Assembly (NCBI RefSeq): GCF_009914755.1
Contig: NC_060929.1
Length of the DNA: 64,000 bases
Direction: 5' to 3' (one strand)
Origin: the human T2T-CHM13v2.0 reference genome, Homo sapiens
Below are positions 12,566 to 28,865 of this stretch, in pieces. A model generated the notes under the pieces. That model made no database searches. It saw nothing but the letters and a program-made list of their open reading frames with translations, and was not told where the DNA came from. Position 1 is the stretch's first letter, and each line of letters begins with the position of its first letter. A program made the translations under genes and the position numbers.

Positions 12566-13584
12566 CTGTGTAAGAGAGTATTCATTTAACCAGTATTTAC
12601 CCAACAAATATTTATTTAGCATTTAATATAAATTAGGTACTGCCAATATGTGGAAGTACTACTTTCTCTGAACCTTTGCCAAATCTAAGGTTAATCAGCA
12701 ACAGTTGGTCAATCTTGAATGACAAAACTAAAAAATATGCACATATTGAGTTTCTATGGAACAGTTAAAGTTGGTCTCAGTGGTACAGTGATGGTGCAAG
12801 ATCAAGTCTCCAAAAAGCTATTTAAGAAATAATGGAGTCATTAAGTATTAAGAACACAGAAAACATTGATTTTTTTCTTGTATATTTTTTTCTTTAGTTA
12901 AATAATGGAAGTGTCTTTTAGCAGCAGAATTGGCTCATATCAGAGTTACCCATTTTTTCTCAATCAGCACAAAGGTGATCCATATACACTGACAGCCCCA
13001 ATGGACGGATCAGTGCTACAATCATCTCTGTATAAATTGGCTATAATTATTGAATCATTTCTACCAAATAACCACTTTTACAAATTTTAAGATTGCTTTC
13101 TGAATATTTTATTAAAGGTTATTGACTATAGATTATGATTGCCTGAATGCTGATTCCCAAAAACTTAATCCATTATTCCATATCCCTTTAAGAATTAATC
13201 TTTGTGAAGATAAACTGGGCATGGCAGAAAAGCATGGAATACATTATCAATGTAAGATATTCTTATTCCCTAATTGGAAAAGTAATCCTCAATTATTCTG
13301 TGATCACTCCCTCCTGTGTGACCTTACTTTTTCATGAATATACTACTAGTATAGTATGTTAAACAATTGTAGAATTATACTTTTGGAAGTCTGTCTTCCC
13401 TGGTATACATTGAAATGCCTTTGAGGGCATGAAATTGAGTCATACTCATTTTATTCTGTTAGTTAACTCAGAAAAATGCTAGATACAGGTATGCTGTTTT
13501 TTGTTTTGGTTTGTTTTAACATATTTTGGTATTCTTCTTCACTGTGAATGCAGAAGATATCCCACTTAAAAACAAAGCAAATTC

Positions 13585-13864
13585 GGCCAGGTGTGGTGGC
13601 TCACACCTGTAATCCCAGGACTTTGGGAGGCCGAGGTGGGCAGATCACGAGGTCAGGAGATCCAGACCATCCTGGCTAACATGATGAAACCCCGTCTCTA
13701 CTAAAAATACAAAAAATTAGCTGGGCGTGGTGGCGGGTAGCTGTAGTCCCAGCTACTCAGGAGGCTGAGGCAGGAGAATGGCGTGAACTCGGGAGGCAGA
13801 GCTTGCAGTGAGCCGAGATAGTGCCACTGCACTCCAGCCTGGGCCACAGAGCAAGACTCCATCT

Positions 13865-13901
<37 letters not shown>
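13585..13901 (+). mobile_element. AluY
   Basis: 'gatcacgaggtcaggagatc...catcctggctaac', 'agaatggcgtgaac', pure poly(A) of about 35 nt; TSD aaagcaaatt. Confidence 0.95.
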
Positions 13902-13902
<1 letters not shown>

Positions 13903-13920
13903 CAAATTAAAACAACCTCT

Positions 13921-14071
13921 GGTTGTTGCCAGATAAAATACAGGACACCCAGTTAAATTTGAATTTCAGAAAACAAATTTTTTTAGTATAGGTATGTCCC
14001 AAATATCACGTTTATCTGAAATTCAAATTTAACAGGGCATTCGTATTCTTATTTGCTAAATCTGGCAACCC
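13921..14071. mobile_element. MER53-like palindromic hAT MITE
   Basis: Inverted arms ttgccagat / atctggcaa and gttaaatttgaatttcaga / tctgaaattcaaatttaac. Confidence 0.85.
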
Positions 14072-15197
14072 AAAAATGAATGTACTAGAAATAACTGGAG
14101 ATTTCCTAGAATATCCCTAAAACCAGAACAAAGTTTTTCCCTGGCCTAGGAAGTAAGATACCCCAAAATCTTCGTAAAATGGAATGTGGGACTTCTGAGC
14201 TAAGAACTCACTAGAAAGATGTAAAGTGGGGCTAGATAGCCACTTTATCAGAAATGCTGTACAATAAGTGCCTGCATTGCTTAATATATTGGACAATATC
14301 ACTTCTAAGTCTTGACCTTTTTGTGCATTTTACTTTTGCTTTAATTTCGGGAGTCCTTTTTGCTATCAGAGCTAGAAAATCTTGAACTTTTTAATTGATT
14401 TGTCTCCACCAGTGAACTTGGAACCATGCATCTGTCTTTCAGGAGTCAGTTTCCATCCATTGCTCTGAAACACCACCCTAGTGGGTATTCCCAGAAAAGC
14501 ACCTTTGTGAGAAAGACCAGGTGTGGAGGTCACAATATTTACATCAATGCACAACAGCCAGACTCCATTTCAGATGCTATTTTATTCACCACAAGATCAT
14601 TCTTACTCAATTACTTTTCCCAAACTCTCAACTGCTGCCAAGGTTAATGCAGGCTCTGACTCTGCCTGTTGATTCATATTAATTAAGCCAATCCATGATC
14701 TTGTATCACAGTGTCTGTTTTTAATATAACCTATTTGATGAGGCTGTATTAATTTAGGAGAAATGTGCACTGGCATTCTGGCCTGCACTCTTCTTAATTA
14801 TCTTACAGTCCCCATTCAGCAGCATTGAAATTAGACTGTGGTTATCATAGTTAATGGAAGCCCTTAGCTCCTAGCTAAGTGATCTCCATCAGTCACCTGA
14901 TCTTTTCTTGCTCTCAGCTGCATAAACATGATTGTGCTATCTATGCACTCCCTGATGAACACATAATTTGAGCGAGGGTGTGAATGTTTTAACAAAATCT
15001 CCTGCTTAGATCCTCAGGACAACAAGATGGCACTCCATTCTGGTACCTTTCTCTAAGTGGAAGGATAAGATTGGAATGACAAGCCTATGAAAAGAAAAGT
15101 TACACAATAACAGGGGCTAGGTAAGGTGAAGCTGGCTCTGAGAATATGCAGGAAACTTGAAACACGACTCTGCAATTGTGCGTTAAAGATCAGATGG

Positions 15198-15499
<302 letters not shown>

Positions 15500-15628
15500 T
15501 CAGATGGTAGATTCTCCACAGAAGGCAGATAAGGGCATCAAAATCCTCCATGTGTTTCCTCATGCTGCTTTTGAGCGCTACAAAGTCAATTCCACATTGT
15601 CCACCTTTCTCTTAAAAACTTGATGGAA

Positions 15629-15950
15629 GGCTGGGTGCGGTGCCTCATGCCTGTAATCCCAGCACTTTGGGGAGGCCGAGGCAGGTGGATTAGTTGAGCT
15701 CAGGAGTTAGAGACCAGCCTGGGTAACATGGCTAAACCTTGTCCCTACAAAAAATACAAAAATTAGCTGGTTGTGGTGGCGCACGCCTGTAGTTCCAGCT
15801 ACTTGGGAGGCTGAGGTGGGAGGATCACTTGAGACTGGGAGGTTGAGGTTGAATGAGCCGAGATCATGCCACTGCACTCCAGCCTGGGTGACAGAGTGAG
15901 ACCCTGTCTCAAAAATAAAATAAAATAAATAATAATAATAAATAAAATTA
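15629..15950 (+). mobile_element. AluJ-type SINE
   Basis: 'gaggtgggaggatcacttgag' right arm, 'gagaccctgtctc', (AAT)n tail. Confidence 0.9.
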
Positions 15951-16014
15951 TAATTTAAGAAACTTGGAGTTCCTAGTCAAAACTACTAATTCCTGCTCTG
16001 TTTCCATTCACTAT

Positions 16015-16470
16015 GTTCATTCATTCATTCATTCATTCAACAAATACCTACTAGATACCAGACACTGTGAAATGCACTGGGGAAAAACCTGTGAATAAAA
16101 CAGAAATAGTCACTTTCTTCATGAAACTTCAGTCTAGTCAATGAGACAGGTAATTAAACAAGTTAATTAAAATCAATAATTATAAATTGTGAAAATGCTG
16201 AGAATAATACAATAGGGTGCTCTTATAGATAATGACAAGGAGGAACCAAGTTTTGAAAGGGTGTTTTGGGAAGGCCTCCCCAAGGAGATGACACCTCAGC
16301 TGAGACCTGACTGACCAGAAGGAATCAGCATATAAGAACTGAGACAGCACAATCCAGCAAAGAAATAGCATATGTAAAGGTCCTGAGGCAAGAATAAGCT
16401 TGGTGTTTCTGAAACCAAATGTAGGCTAGAGTATCTGGAGTTAAAGCTAGAAGAGAAGAGGAGCTGAAAA
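16015..16470 (-). mobile_element. L2 LINE 3' fragment
   Basis: (TTCA)n terminal repeat followed by 'caacaaatacctact...ggaaggcctccccaaggagatgacacctcagctgagacctga'. Confidence 0.8.
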
Positions 16471-16744
16471 TGTGACCCTCTATAAAGCCCTTCTGCCACT
16501 GGAATCTAGGATGTTAGTGGTTGTCTGCATCTCTTTCCTCTTTTTCCACCGAATAATACCCAATTTAAGAGCAGAAATGATGTAATGTTCATTTTTAATT
16601 ACCAACAGTGTCTATTATGATGCCTTGTGTAACACAGGTGGCCAAGAAATGGTGGTTAAACTTATATTGACTTAAATGTACTATGAATTCCAATTGTATC
16701 TGTAAAAAGAGAAAGCTGCTTAGTCTCTGAAAAACTTGCTAATT

Positions 16745-16990
16745 ATAACAGTTAATATTTATTAAACCATTATTATTTACTGGGTGCTATTCTAAGCTAC
16801 TTATACATATTCATTTCCTTATCATGTGCAAAAACCCTATGAGTAGATATTATGTTTGCTTTCATTGCAAAGGTGAGAAACTCAGAAGCTGAGAGGTCAA
16901 TTAACTAAAAAAGTGAGAGTATAATTGGTGTCTGAGCCAGGATATGAATCCAGAGAGTTAGTCTCCACAATACATGTCCCTAAACATGAT
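16745..16990 (-). mobile_element. MIR SINE
   Basis: MIR core-like 'aaccctatgagtagat...ggtgagaaactcaga...gagccaggatatgaatccag'. Confidence 0.6.
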
Positions 16991-17080
16991 GGTAATGCTC
17001 CTAGTGTCTGAATATGAAAACTAATTAAGCCATTGAGGTACATCAGTACTTAATGCTCTGGGATTTATGCCAGGTATACG

Positions 17081-17156
17081 ACATGTTATGGAAGGTACAT
17101 ACTTAACCTGAATATGTAACATGTCATGGAAGGTACATACTTAACCTGAATATATA
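17081..17156. repeat. 38-bp tandem duplication
   Basis: acatgttatggaaggtacatacttaacctgaatatgta x2 with 2 mismatches. Confidence 0.9.
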
Positions 17157-18093
17157 TTACTCAGGTTATATGAAATATACCTTTAATACATTTCCATCTC
17201 TCTGTATTTTTGGTTATAAGAAAGGATTATCTATTCACGCTTCAAAAGGTTTGAGTGTTTCCATAGAAACTGCTTTTCCTTAAATTTTCGAGATGGCTCT
17301 CAGTTCGTAAGACACTCAGCTATAGAAACAGTAGAACATTTCTCAGTCCTACCAACCATACCAGCCCCAAGGGGTAGCTCAGGGGAATTGTCCATTTTTC
17401 TCAATATTCTCCATCTTCTTTTTCTCCCTCTTTCCCCAAACTAACTCAAATACAGAATCTAAATAAAATTAGTGTGCCTGCTGTGCGATATAGTTTTAGG
17501 ACAAATTTTCTAGTCTCCTCCCCAGCTACCAGCTTGCTTCCCCTGAAATGCTTTTAAATGAAGCTCTGGTGCATCCCCTGCCCACTGATGATGTAGGAGA
17601 GACCCATTGCTGAGAAGACTCCTGTTCTTTGATTATTGCCTTCTTTGGGGACTTTTGCCTAGGATATAAGGTGAGGGCAAATGGAAAACATATGAATGGT
17701 ATTTAGAAAAGTAAGAATGTCAAGTTTTCTGGAAAGGAATGAGAAGAATGTACTGATGTTTTGATAAAGCAATTCATCTGTCCTAGAAACTCAAGCCTCC
17801 ATCATCCTTTTATTCATAGCACTTAGCACGGCTCCTGGTATCCACTAAGTGCCCAGTAAATGTTGGATAAATGTATGAAATCTCTGGTCCTTTGAGAGGT
17901 AAATGTATGAGAGTAAGATGGTAGGAAACGTATAGAAATGTCATAAGACTATTTCCCCAATGACTCCCAAACACAGCTATCTCTAACTCCTTTTGTACAT
18001 ACTACTAGATCAACCCAATCAGCATCCAAGATTATCTTTGCAGTTGTTTTGAAATTGTCTAATTTTGTGATCAAGCCTGTTAACCATGCACTG

Positions 18094-18104
18094 ATATATA
18101 TGTG

Positions 18105-18158
<54 letters not shown>
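18094..18158. repeat. (CA)n(TA)n microsatellite
   Basis: Direct reading. Confidence 0.95.
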
Positions 18159-18370
18159 AAATTTAGGTTTATGTACCATCTCCCCAAGTAGATTTTAAAT
18201 CATTGTGGTATTATTTCTCTTTTCATTGCCTGTTACATACATATCCTTTTACGAATACAGTATTGGGCAGAGTGAAGAGGCTCAATAATACTCACATGTT
18301 AGCTATAGAATCTGAAATGGTGGAGAGCTTCCTGAGCAGTCTTTTTCTTGGAGTGTATACCATTTTGTCA

Positions 18371-18824
<454 letters not shown>

Positions 18825-20444
18825 TCAGTTTGAGAGAAAGAATTTAGAAAGAGCTTTCAGTTTAGTGAGACTGAAAGAATATGGGTTTTGGAGTAAGATC
18901 ATCTGAGATCTAATAATGTGAGAATTTTGGCAAATAATTGAGCTGTGTCTCTTTCCCTAAATTATGGACATTAATACCTTTCTTAGAAAATGTATATAAT
19001 GCTATGAATTTTAAAGAAATAGAACTCTTTTAGTTTCAAGTGGGATGAATACATCCAGAACTAGCTGAAGCTTAAAGAGGAATACTGGGGTGCTCACAGA
19101 ATCCAAGGGGCTGGCTGAAGGATCAGGGATGGTACAGAGCCCTCAGAGTCTTCTAAAGCTTGAGAATAGTGTAGATAGAAAAACCACAGACTCGACATTT
19201 TAAAACAATGATTAATATTATCCATGCAGGGATAAAAGGAAAGAGGGAAACAAAGACCACAGGTGGACAGTTTCATTGTAATCTGAAGTAGAACTAGGCT
19301 AATTACCCAAAGAAGTCATTATGTGTGTTTTTCCAAGAGCCACCTTTTTCTATAGTTAGAATTTGCTTATAAAACAGGGCAGTAGTGGGCAAGGCAACCT
19401 TGTGACACAGGGAAGACTGAATGGGTCCAAGTGAATCTCCTCTGATGTCTTGCTAACCCTTGGCCAATGACCGCCCTAGGGCCACCCAGATGTCATCCTC
19501 AGATCCCTGCTGTGTGGGCCTCTCTGCAACATGACAGTTGGCTTCTTCAAAGAAAGCAGAAGAATTTCTTTCATTCTTCAAATCTCTCCTTTTAGAAAAA
19601 TCATGCTTACTTCTCCATCTATCTTTTGGCCTCTGCTCCCACAGTTACCTGAATATTCATACAAGGCTTGAATCTAAACTCTAAAAGAAAAGATCCGATT
19701 AATCTCATGACTTGTCAGTGGGCAAGACTTTTCCATTAGGATAATACTACTTGGTCTACAGGCCCCTTGGAACTACCACATAGAAAACAGGTTATCTTAT
19801 GAACTGCTGACTAAGAATCAGGTGTTCATTTCAAATCCAATTTCTTATGGTCAGGGAGGTTGAGTGATAGAGATTTGTGTAAAAGAAACCACTTTGGAAA
19901 TGGAATGTAACAAGCTTGGATTAATGAGTACACTGCTCTAACCAAAGGATAATTTCATAATGTGGCACTTAGTGTTTTTCTTACACAAAAGGTTTTGCAT
20001 TTATTCTTTCATTTTATTTTAATATTTACAAAATTCTCATATTTGTATAAAGAAGGTATTCTAATCTCCATTTTTAAGTAGGGAAATTTAAGTCCAGCAA
20101 AACTAAGTCATTAATCCAAAGTATAGTTAGAAAGCCTAGTCCATATTCTGTGACTCAGAATTGTTACATTTTTGCTTTTTTTTTGCTACATTGCATGGTT
20201 ATCATTGTCCTCCATTGCCTTCTTTTTGTATTGTGCTTAAAAAACAAACCTCTTTTGCTTTTATCATCTCAAAGAGAACAACGGCCAGAAAAGACAAAGA
20301 TAGCAAAAAAGGAAGAGAGAATACTGCTGCTGTCTCAAGGCCTGTGGAAGGAAGGAGAATCTTATAATCAGGTCACATGCCAACTAGGATCAATTGGTAG
20401 GGGAATCCTGAAGCTCCATGTTGAGAATTTCAAAAGCATATCTG

Positions 20445-20780
<336 letters not shown>

Positions 20781-21022
20781 TTAGATTAATGATATCTAGG
20801 TGGAGGAGATGTTTTATGATTGCTTGGTGATGTCCTCTATGGCCTCTAGAAATATCAGCAGAAAAGAAAGATTATTTAGCATGCCAGGCCTGAGCTTTAT
20901 TATGTCAACATTGCTCACCTGAAATTATGGCACCAAATATATTATTCTGCTGCTTCTAGTAAAACGAGGGGAAACAACTGTTGAGAATGGATCTGTTTGG
21001 GAGCTAAATGTATTTAGGGTGC

Positions 21023-21525
21023 TTTCTTTTTTTTGTTTTTTGTTTGTTTGTTTTTAGTTTTTATTTTAAGTTCAGGGGTACATGTGCAGGTTTGTTATAT
21101 AGGTAAACTCATGTCACGGGAGTTTGTTGTACAGATTATTTTGTCACTCAGGTACTAAGCCTAACACCCAATAGTTTTCATCATTTAGCTTCCACTAATA
21201 AATGAGAACATACAGTATTTGGTTTTCTGTTCCTGCGTTAGTTCACTTAGGATAATGGTCTCCAGCTCCATCCATGTTCCCACAAAAGACATGATCTCAT
21301 TCTTGTTTATGGCTGCATAGTATTCTATGGTGTATATGTACCACATTTTTTTTATGCAATCTGTCATTGATGGGCATTTAGGTTGATTCCATGTCTTTGC
21401 TATTATGAATAGTGCTGCAATGAAAATTCATGTGCATGTGTCTTCATGGTACGATGATTTATATTCTTTTGGGTATATATCCATAAATGGGATTGCTGGA
21501 TCAATTGGTAACTCTGTTTTTAACT
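21023..21525 (-). mobile_element. L1 3' end (old L1PA/L1PB)
   Basis: Minus ORF 21185-21367 (IKKMWYIYTIEYYAAINKNEIMSFVGTWMELE) is the ORF2p C-terminus; T-rich tail at left. Confidence 0.92.
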
Positions 21526-22524
21526 CTTTCTGTATGTGCAAATTAAGTTAAAGAATGGAACTTTACTTTTCTTGTAAAGAGAAATTATGTATTTAGAATT
21601 TAGGGATGATAACCCTTCACAATGGCTGGCTTTGGTTAAAAGGATAATACTGATGACAATGATGATGATGATAATAAAGACAGCAACAATACTAACATCA
21701 TAATACCTAAATATAAACTCTCTACAGAGAAGAAAGTGGATGAGGGAGAACTGACCTGAAAGATTCGCACACAGGCTGTCCAATATATAAAATATTTTCA
21801 AACTTATGAAAAAATAATACTTTGCAACTTGTTTTTACCTCTGTAGAAGTGTTGAAGGGCCATAGGGAAATTAAAACATCATCCAATTTTCTTTAATTGA
21901 AAAATCCTTAACCAAGATAAATAACTGTCCTTGCACAGAAAGAGCACTGCAGATGCAAACATTTTTTCATTGTTTTAAATTATGATTTCTAATTTGGGAA
22001 GGTGTTTGCTATTTTTGTCTTATTTTGTGGCTGTTTATTATTATTATTATCGAGCATCATCTCAGAATGTTTCTGCTCTGGGAAACAAATTGAAATAAAA
22101 CCTCATTTCAAATGATCAGTTTGAAAGTCATAGAAAAAACAAGGAAGTGTAACCAGTGATTTAGAAAGCCTTTCCTGCACCCAGATCACCATAAGCCCAG
22201 ACATAAGACAGGGTTCAGAAAGTCGGGAAAAGCAGGCAGCAATGTTCTGAACACTCCATGGCAGAAAACGAACCTGAAGACCACATAAAAAACACAACTA
22301 TTTTGCCTATGAAAGGAAAAAAAAATAGGTACACTTATTTTTAAATTCAGATAAACTGGAAAACTATTTCAAAAAACATTAAAATGGAGAAAAATAAACT
22401 GACAGTAAATCAAACTTGTGCATCATGGAAGAATTCCACAGGGATTGATTCAAGACACTTAACATCTCATATTAAAACACTTTATACACATACACACACA
22501 GAGACACACACAGTCACATTAAGA

Positions 22525-22622
22525 ATATATATATTCTGGTATATATAGATACATTCTAGGATATATATATTCTAGGATATATATATAAATTCATATATAT
22601 GTAAATATATACACATATATAT
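22525..22622. repeat. TA-rich low-complexity repeat with (atatatattctagg)-like units
   Basis: Direct reading. Confidence 0.8.
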
Positions 22623-23689
22623 TTTAAGAAGACCCTCTGTAAAATGGAAGCACGAGCAGGCACAGTATACTCATATGTCTTATTAAAACAACATGGGACA
22701 TTTAAAATTGGGCTTGCCATTTTTCTGGCAGGAAAAGAAATTTAGCCAATTTAAGACTGAAAATTAAATGGCACTACACATATATATCAAGCAGAAAGTA
22801 AAAGAGAAATGAAGTAACTGAGTCCAGGAATTTCAAACGGAGCTCACTTAAAAAAGAAAGGGAGAAAAGAGAGGCCAGAAGCAAAAGAGTCTAAGCACAC
22901 GAGTGGTAACAAATGTGTAATAAGTGTAGAATAATAGCCTCTGTCCTGAGGTTAGGTCTGACTCTAGGTTGGAGGCAGAGTGGGTGAGGGTGGTCTACAA
23001 GGCACAATATGTGTCAGACAGACCAGAGGCACACATTCTTGTCAATGCCTATGCTTCAGGCCCCTTTTCTAGATCATAGCCCTGAGATTCTAACAACCTC
23101 TGGATCTCTCTGAACAGAACCTCTAATAGATCCCTATTCCACTAGATCCTGGTCTCCTGACCTAGGCTTTGTGTCTCATTCACCCAATGCACTAGACCCT
23201 GTATTTCATCTCTGTAGATTCAGGGCAAAGTGTGTTTCTCCTTGTCTTAGAAGGCTTTTTTAGTCTCAACATTCTTCTTACTCATTCAGGGTTATTATGC
23301 CTGCTTGATCCCCCCCAGCCATTGGTTACCGCTCTATAACTCACTAACTGTCTGCTCTGGCCACAATATCTATCAATGAAATGCTATGAAATGTGTGACA
23401 AGGTGGAAGGAAGTTTTAGAGTCACACAGATCTGGGTCCATGCCTGCTTCCCCACAGACTGTAGTGTGAGCCTTCGCAAGGTCCTTTGCCTCTGTGAGTT
23501 TCAAGTTTATCCTTGCAGAGTTATTGTCTGGATTTACAATAATTTTTAAAATCTGACTCACTGGTACATCACATATGTTCCAAATTGTAGTTACTATTAT
23601 CTGAATTACTAGTTTGACATTTCATTCCATCCTATTATCTTCTCCTTTCTGATCCTCTGCAAAACTAAACTAAAACACCTGTCTTACTT

Positions 23690-24130
23690 TTCACTGATTC
23701 ATTCATTCCAACATTATTTTGCTGGATGCCTACTAGAATAATGAGGCTCTGTAGCAGGTGCTGGAGATTCAGCAAGGAGAAACAGAGAGATACAGTGTCT
23801 ACCCTCATCAACCTTTTAGTCAAGTCAAAAAGAAAAACAACAAAAGCACAATTGCTAATTGCTATGGTAATAAGTACATGAAGAAAACCTACAGAGGATC
23901 CTAACCTACTCTAGGAAAGGGGAGGTCTGAGACAATCCTAAGAAAAACTCTTCTTAGGACCTAAACTATCAGTAAACTGAGTTACTCAAAACAAAGAGAG
24001 CAGAAAGCATCCTCAAGTGTAGAGGACAATGTATGTGAAGCCCAGCAGTGGGAGGGATTTGGCACATTCAAAGAACAGGAACAAGTGTGGCCAAAGTACA
24101 GTGTTCGGGTGACAAAGATGGTCACTATTA
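23690..24130 (-). mobile_element. L2 fragment
   Basis: 'attcattcattcc...ggatgcctact...gcaggtgctggagattcagca' L2 3' signature. Confidence 0.6.
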
Positions 24131-26662
24131 AATATAGAAATAGCAAATGGGTCAAATCTGAGCCATAGAAGGAGTATAAAAAGAAACGATTCTCAAGCCT
24201 TTGAATTACCCAATGAGCCAACGAACAAAAGAAGCACAGAATCTCTGAGACGCCTCAGTTGTTGGTACAGGTTCCTTGCATAGAATTGAGCTGTAGGTAG
24301 TAAATGTCACAGCAACACTGGGGAAACAATTGTGTCCCAGGGAGTCCCTGCCTTGTAAATATATCTCAACCTATTTTAGGGATGTTTTAAGGTAGCAATT
24401 GACAACTAAATAACTCTTAGCTACCATGTGTCAGGCAATATCATAATGTTCTAGCTACAAATCCTTCCCACTGTGTGCCCCCATAGAAACCTCTTTCTAA
24501 CATTTCACAAACTTGACTGTAAATAACCACTTATTTATGTGTATTCTCATATAAACTGAAACTGTTATCTCCAGTGCCTAAAACACAGGGACACAAATTA
24601 TATGCTCAATAAAAAATATATTCCTATATTTTCTCCCATGCTAGGAATATCCTTTCCCTCTCACTTCGTTTTATGATGAATAACTTATCTTTTGCATATA
24701 CAGATGGCCTTTCTGTATTTTCATAAAACTTCACTCATCACTGCACCTACCCACCTGTACTGTCATTCTCTTTTTTTTTTTTCTCTCTACCCTACCAGAT
24801 AGAAACCTTCATAAAAGCTCACATCTATTCTATTGTAGTCACTATGGCCCTAGGACCAGTATAAGATGCTTAATAAATTCGGGTTGAATTAATGTGTTGA
24901 ATTCATGAAAAATGAACTTGCTCACAAGGCTTATAATATATCCATTTTATAGACAACAAGATCTGCCCAGTCAGCAAATTCAGGGCAGCACTAGATTCAG
25001 AACTCACCAATCCTGAGTTATTACTATGAAACTCATCCTGTTGAATTTGGCTAACTTCCTATGACAGACATTAAGGATTGGTATTTAGATTTTGTTTGTT
25101 TGTTTTGTGTTGTTTTGTTGTGTGGAAGGAAATGTTTTGGTATTAGTATCAGCTATTTCAAAAAAAGGAAAGGAAAGGAAAAACATAAAGGCATAGTATC
25201 CTAAGCACTTAGAAAAAGGTCATCAAGCAAGAGACAGAGCAAGACCTATTCACGGAGAACAGAAAACAGCAAATTAATTCTAAGGCTCTCTGGAGGCTGA
25301 ACACAAGTGAATGAAGGTTAGCAATGCTACAACATATGCAATAGCCATGAGTGTGGACTTGTTCTTTTAACAGAAAGATTGATATAATACTATCTGAGCA
25401 GCATTTGCCTAAGTGCCCTCCATGGAACATTATCTGTGACAGTGCTATGGTCAAGTAGGTTTAGGCTTCATCAGCAATTAACACATGTAATGGTGAAAAA
25501 CTGGTTACACATTGTTTAATCTCATGCTTTCCAAATGAAATTAACTTGAAAAAGCTTTTTTCTCCACCCTTCAACACTAATTAATACTTAGAGAAAGCAA
25601 TATTTCTCAAAACACCCTTTGGAAAACACTTGCATATGTAGTAGAAGACCGGAAATGGACAGAAGGGAAAATCGCTCCGAAGAGTAATACATACCAGTAG
25701 GTCTCTAACTGCATGTAAATACAACAGCTTTTGTGATGGAGCATTCTCTCATTACTATCTTCAGTTCTTCTACTTGAGATAGTTCTGTGCCTCTTAAAAT
25801 CAAGACAAATTCAACCAAAAGAAGGACTTTAGGAGACGATAGTCCCCCAAAACTGAAATAAAGCTTGTTTGTAAAAAAAAAAAAAAAATGGAAGTTCCAA
25901 CAACTTTAAAATATGTTTCCATTGTTAATAACAACTTTTAATAGATGCATAGCCTTCAGCAACCTCATAGTCTGTTTTTTGAATGCTTTGTACAGGATGT
26001 GCTGAGAATTTATTTTTCTCCCTCACTGCTCTAACTTGCTGTGGCATTGCCTTGTCAAACACACAGCTAATGATATTTCTGGGGATTTAGAGGTAGGACA
26101 TACAGAAAGGTCTACAGGAAAACTGACAGTCATCAAGTCCGGAGGACATGAACTGTGTAGGTAACAGACATGGTTTCCCATGATTGCACTGCAACTTTAA
26201 AAACTTAGTAAAGTAATCCAAAAATGTATGAATAGGGAAGAAAAAAGGAGTTGTAAAACATCCTTTCTGAGATGACTTTTAGCATTTTCAAAAAAGTTTT
26301 GAATTTATAGTGCATCAGTAACAGAGTTCTTTTAATGGCAAGTTTCAGGAATTTTTTCAAGGTATACTGAATATTTATTAAGCATTTTTGATGTCACAAA
26401 ATATGCTACAGATGCAAAAATGCAAGGAACTGTACTACGGAAGTTCACAGCCAAATGGTGGAAATAAACTTAGAGTTAAATAATTGAAACACCATGTAAT
26501 GCATGTCCTAATAAGATAAGCTCACAAAGATTAGCATAAGGGGACAAAGCGATTTACAAAGCTTGGCACAATAGGGTAAGGCTACGGTCACAGAGAAGAT
26601 GCTGGAGTTAGGTTCTGAAGGCTTAATAGGAGTCTGCTGGGTGCACATATTGGAAAAGGGCT

Positions 26663-26966
<304 letters not shown>

Positions 26967-27011
26967 TGGAGAAGGGCATTTTAAGCAAGGGAAATCACAT
27001 GAGATACATGA

Positions 27012-27374
<363 letters not shown>

Positions 27375-27461
27375 TAAAAGGCAAGTATGGAGAAAGAAGG
27401 AAGCAGGGGATGATATAGATCTACTTGTGCTCTCCAAAGATGTGATAATAGTTTTAACCAT

Positions 27462-28420
<959 letters not shown>

Positions 28421-28570
28421 GTAAATAATAATTTTAGCCAGTTTATATATCTGTATATAAACTGGTATATATGTCATCTCATATAAATATATATATATCT
28501 TATATATAGTATCATGTATATCTTACATATATATATATATATATCTGTATATATGTCTGTCAAGTAAGAC

Positions 28571-28865
<295 letters not shown>

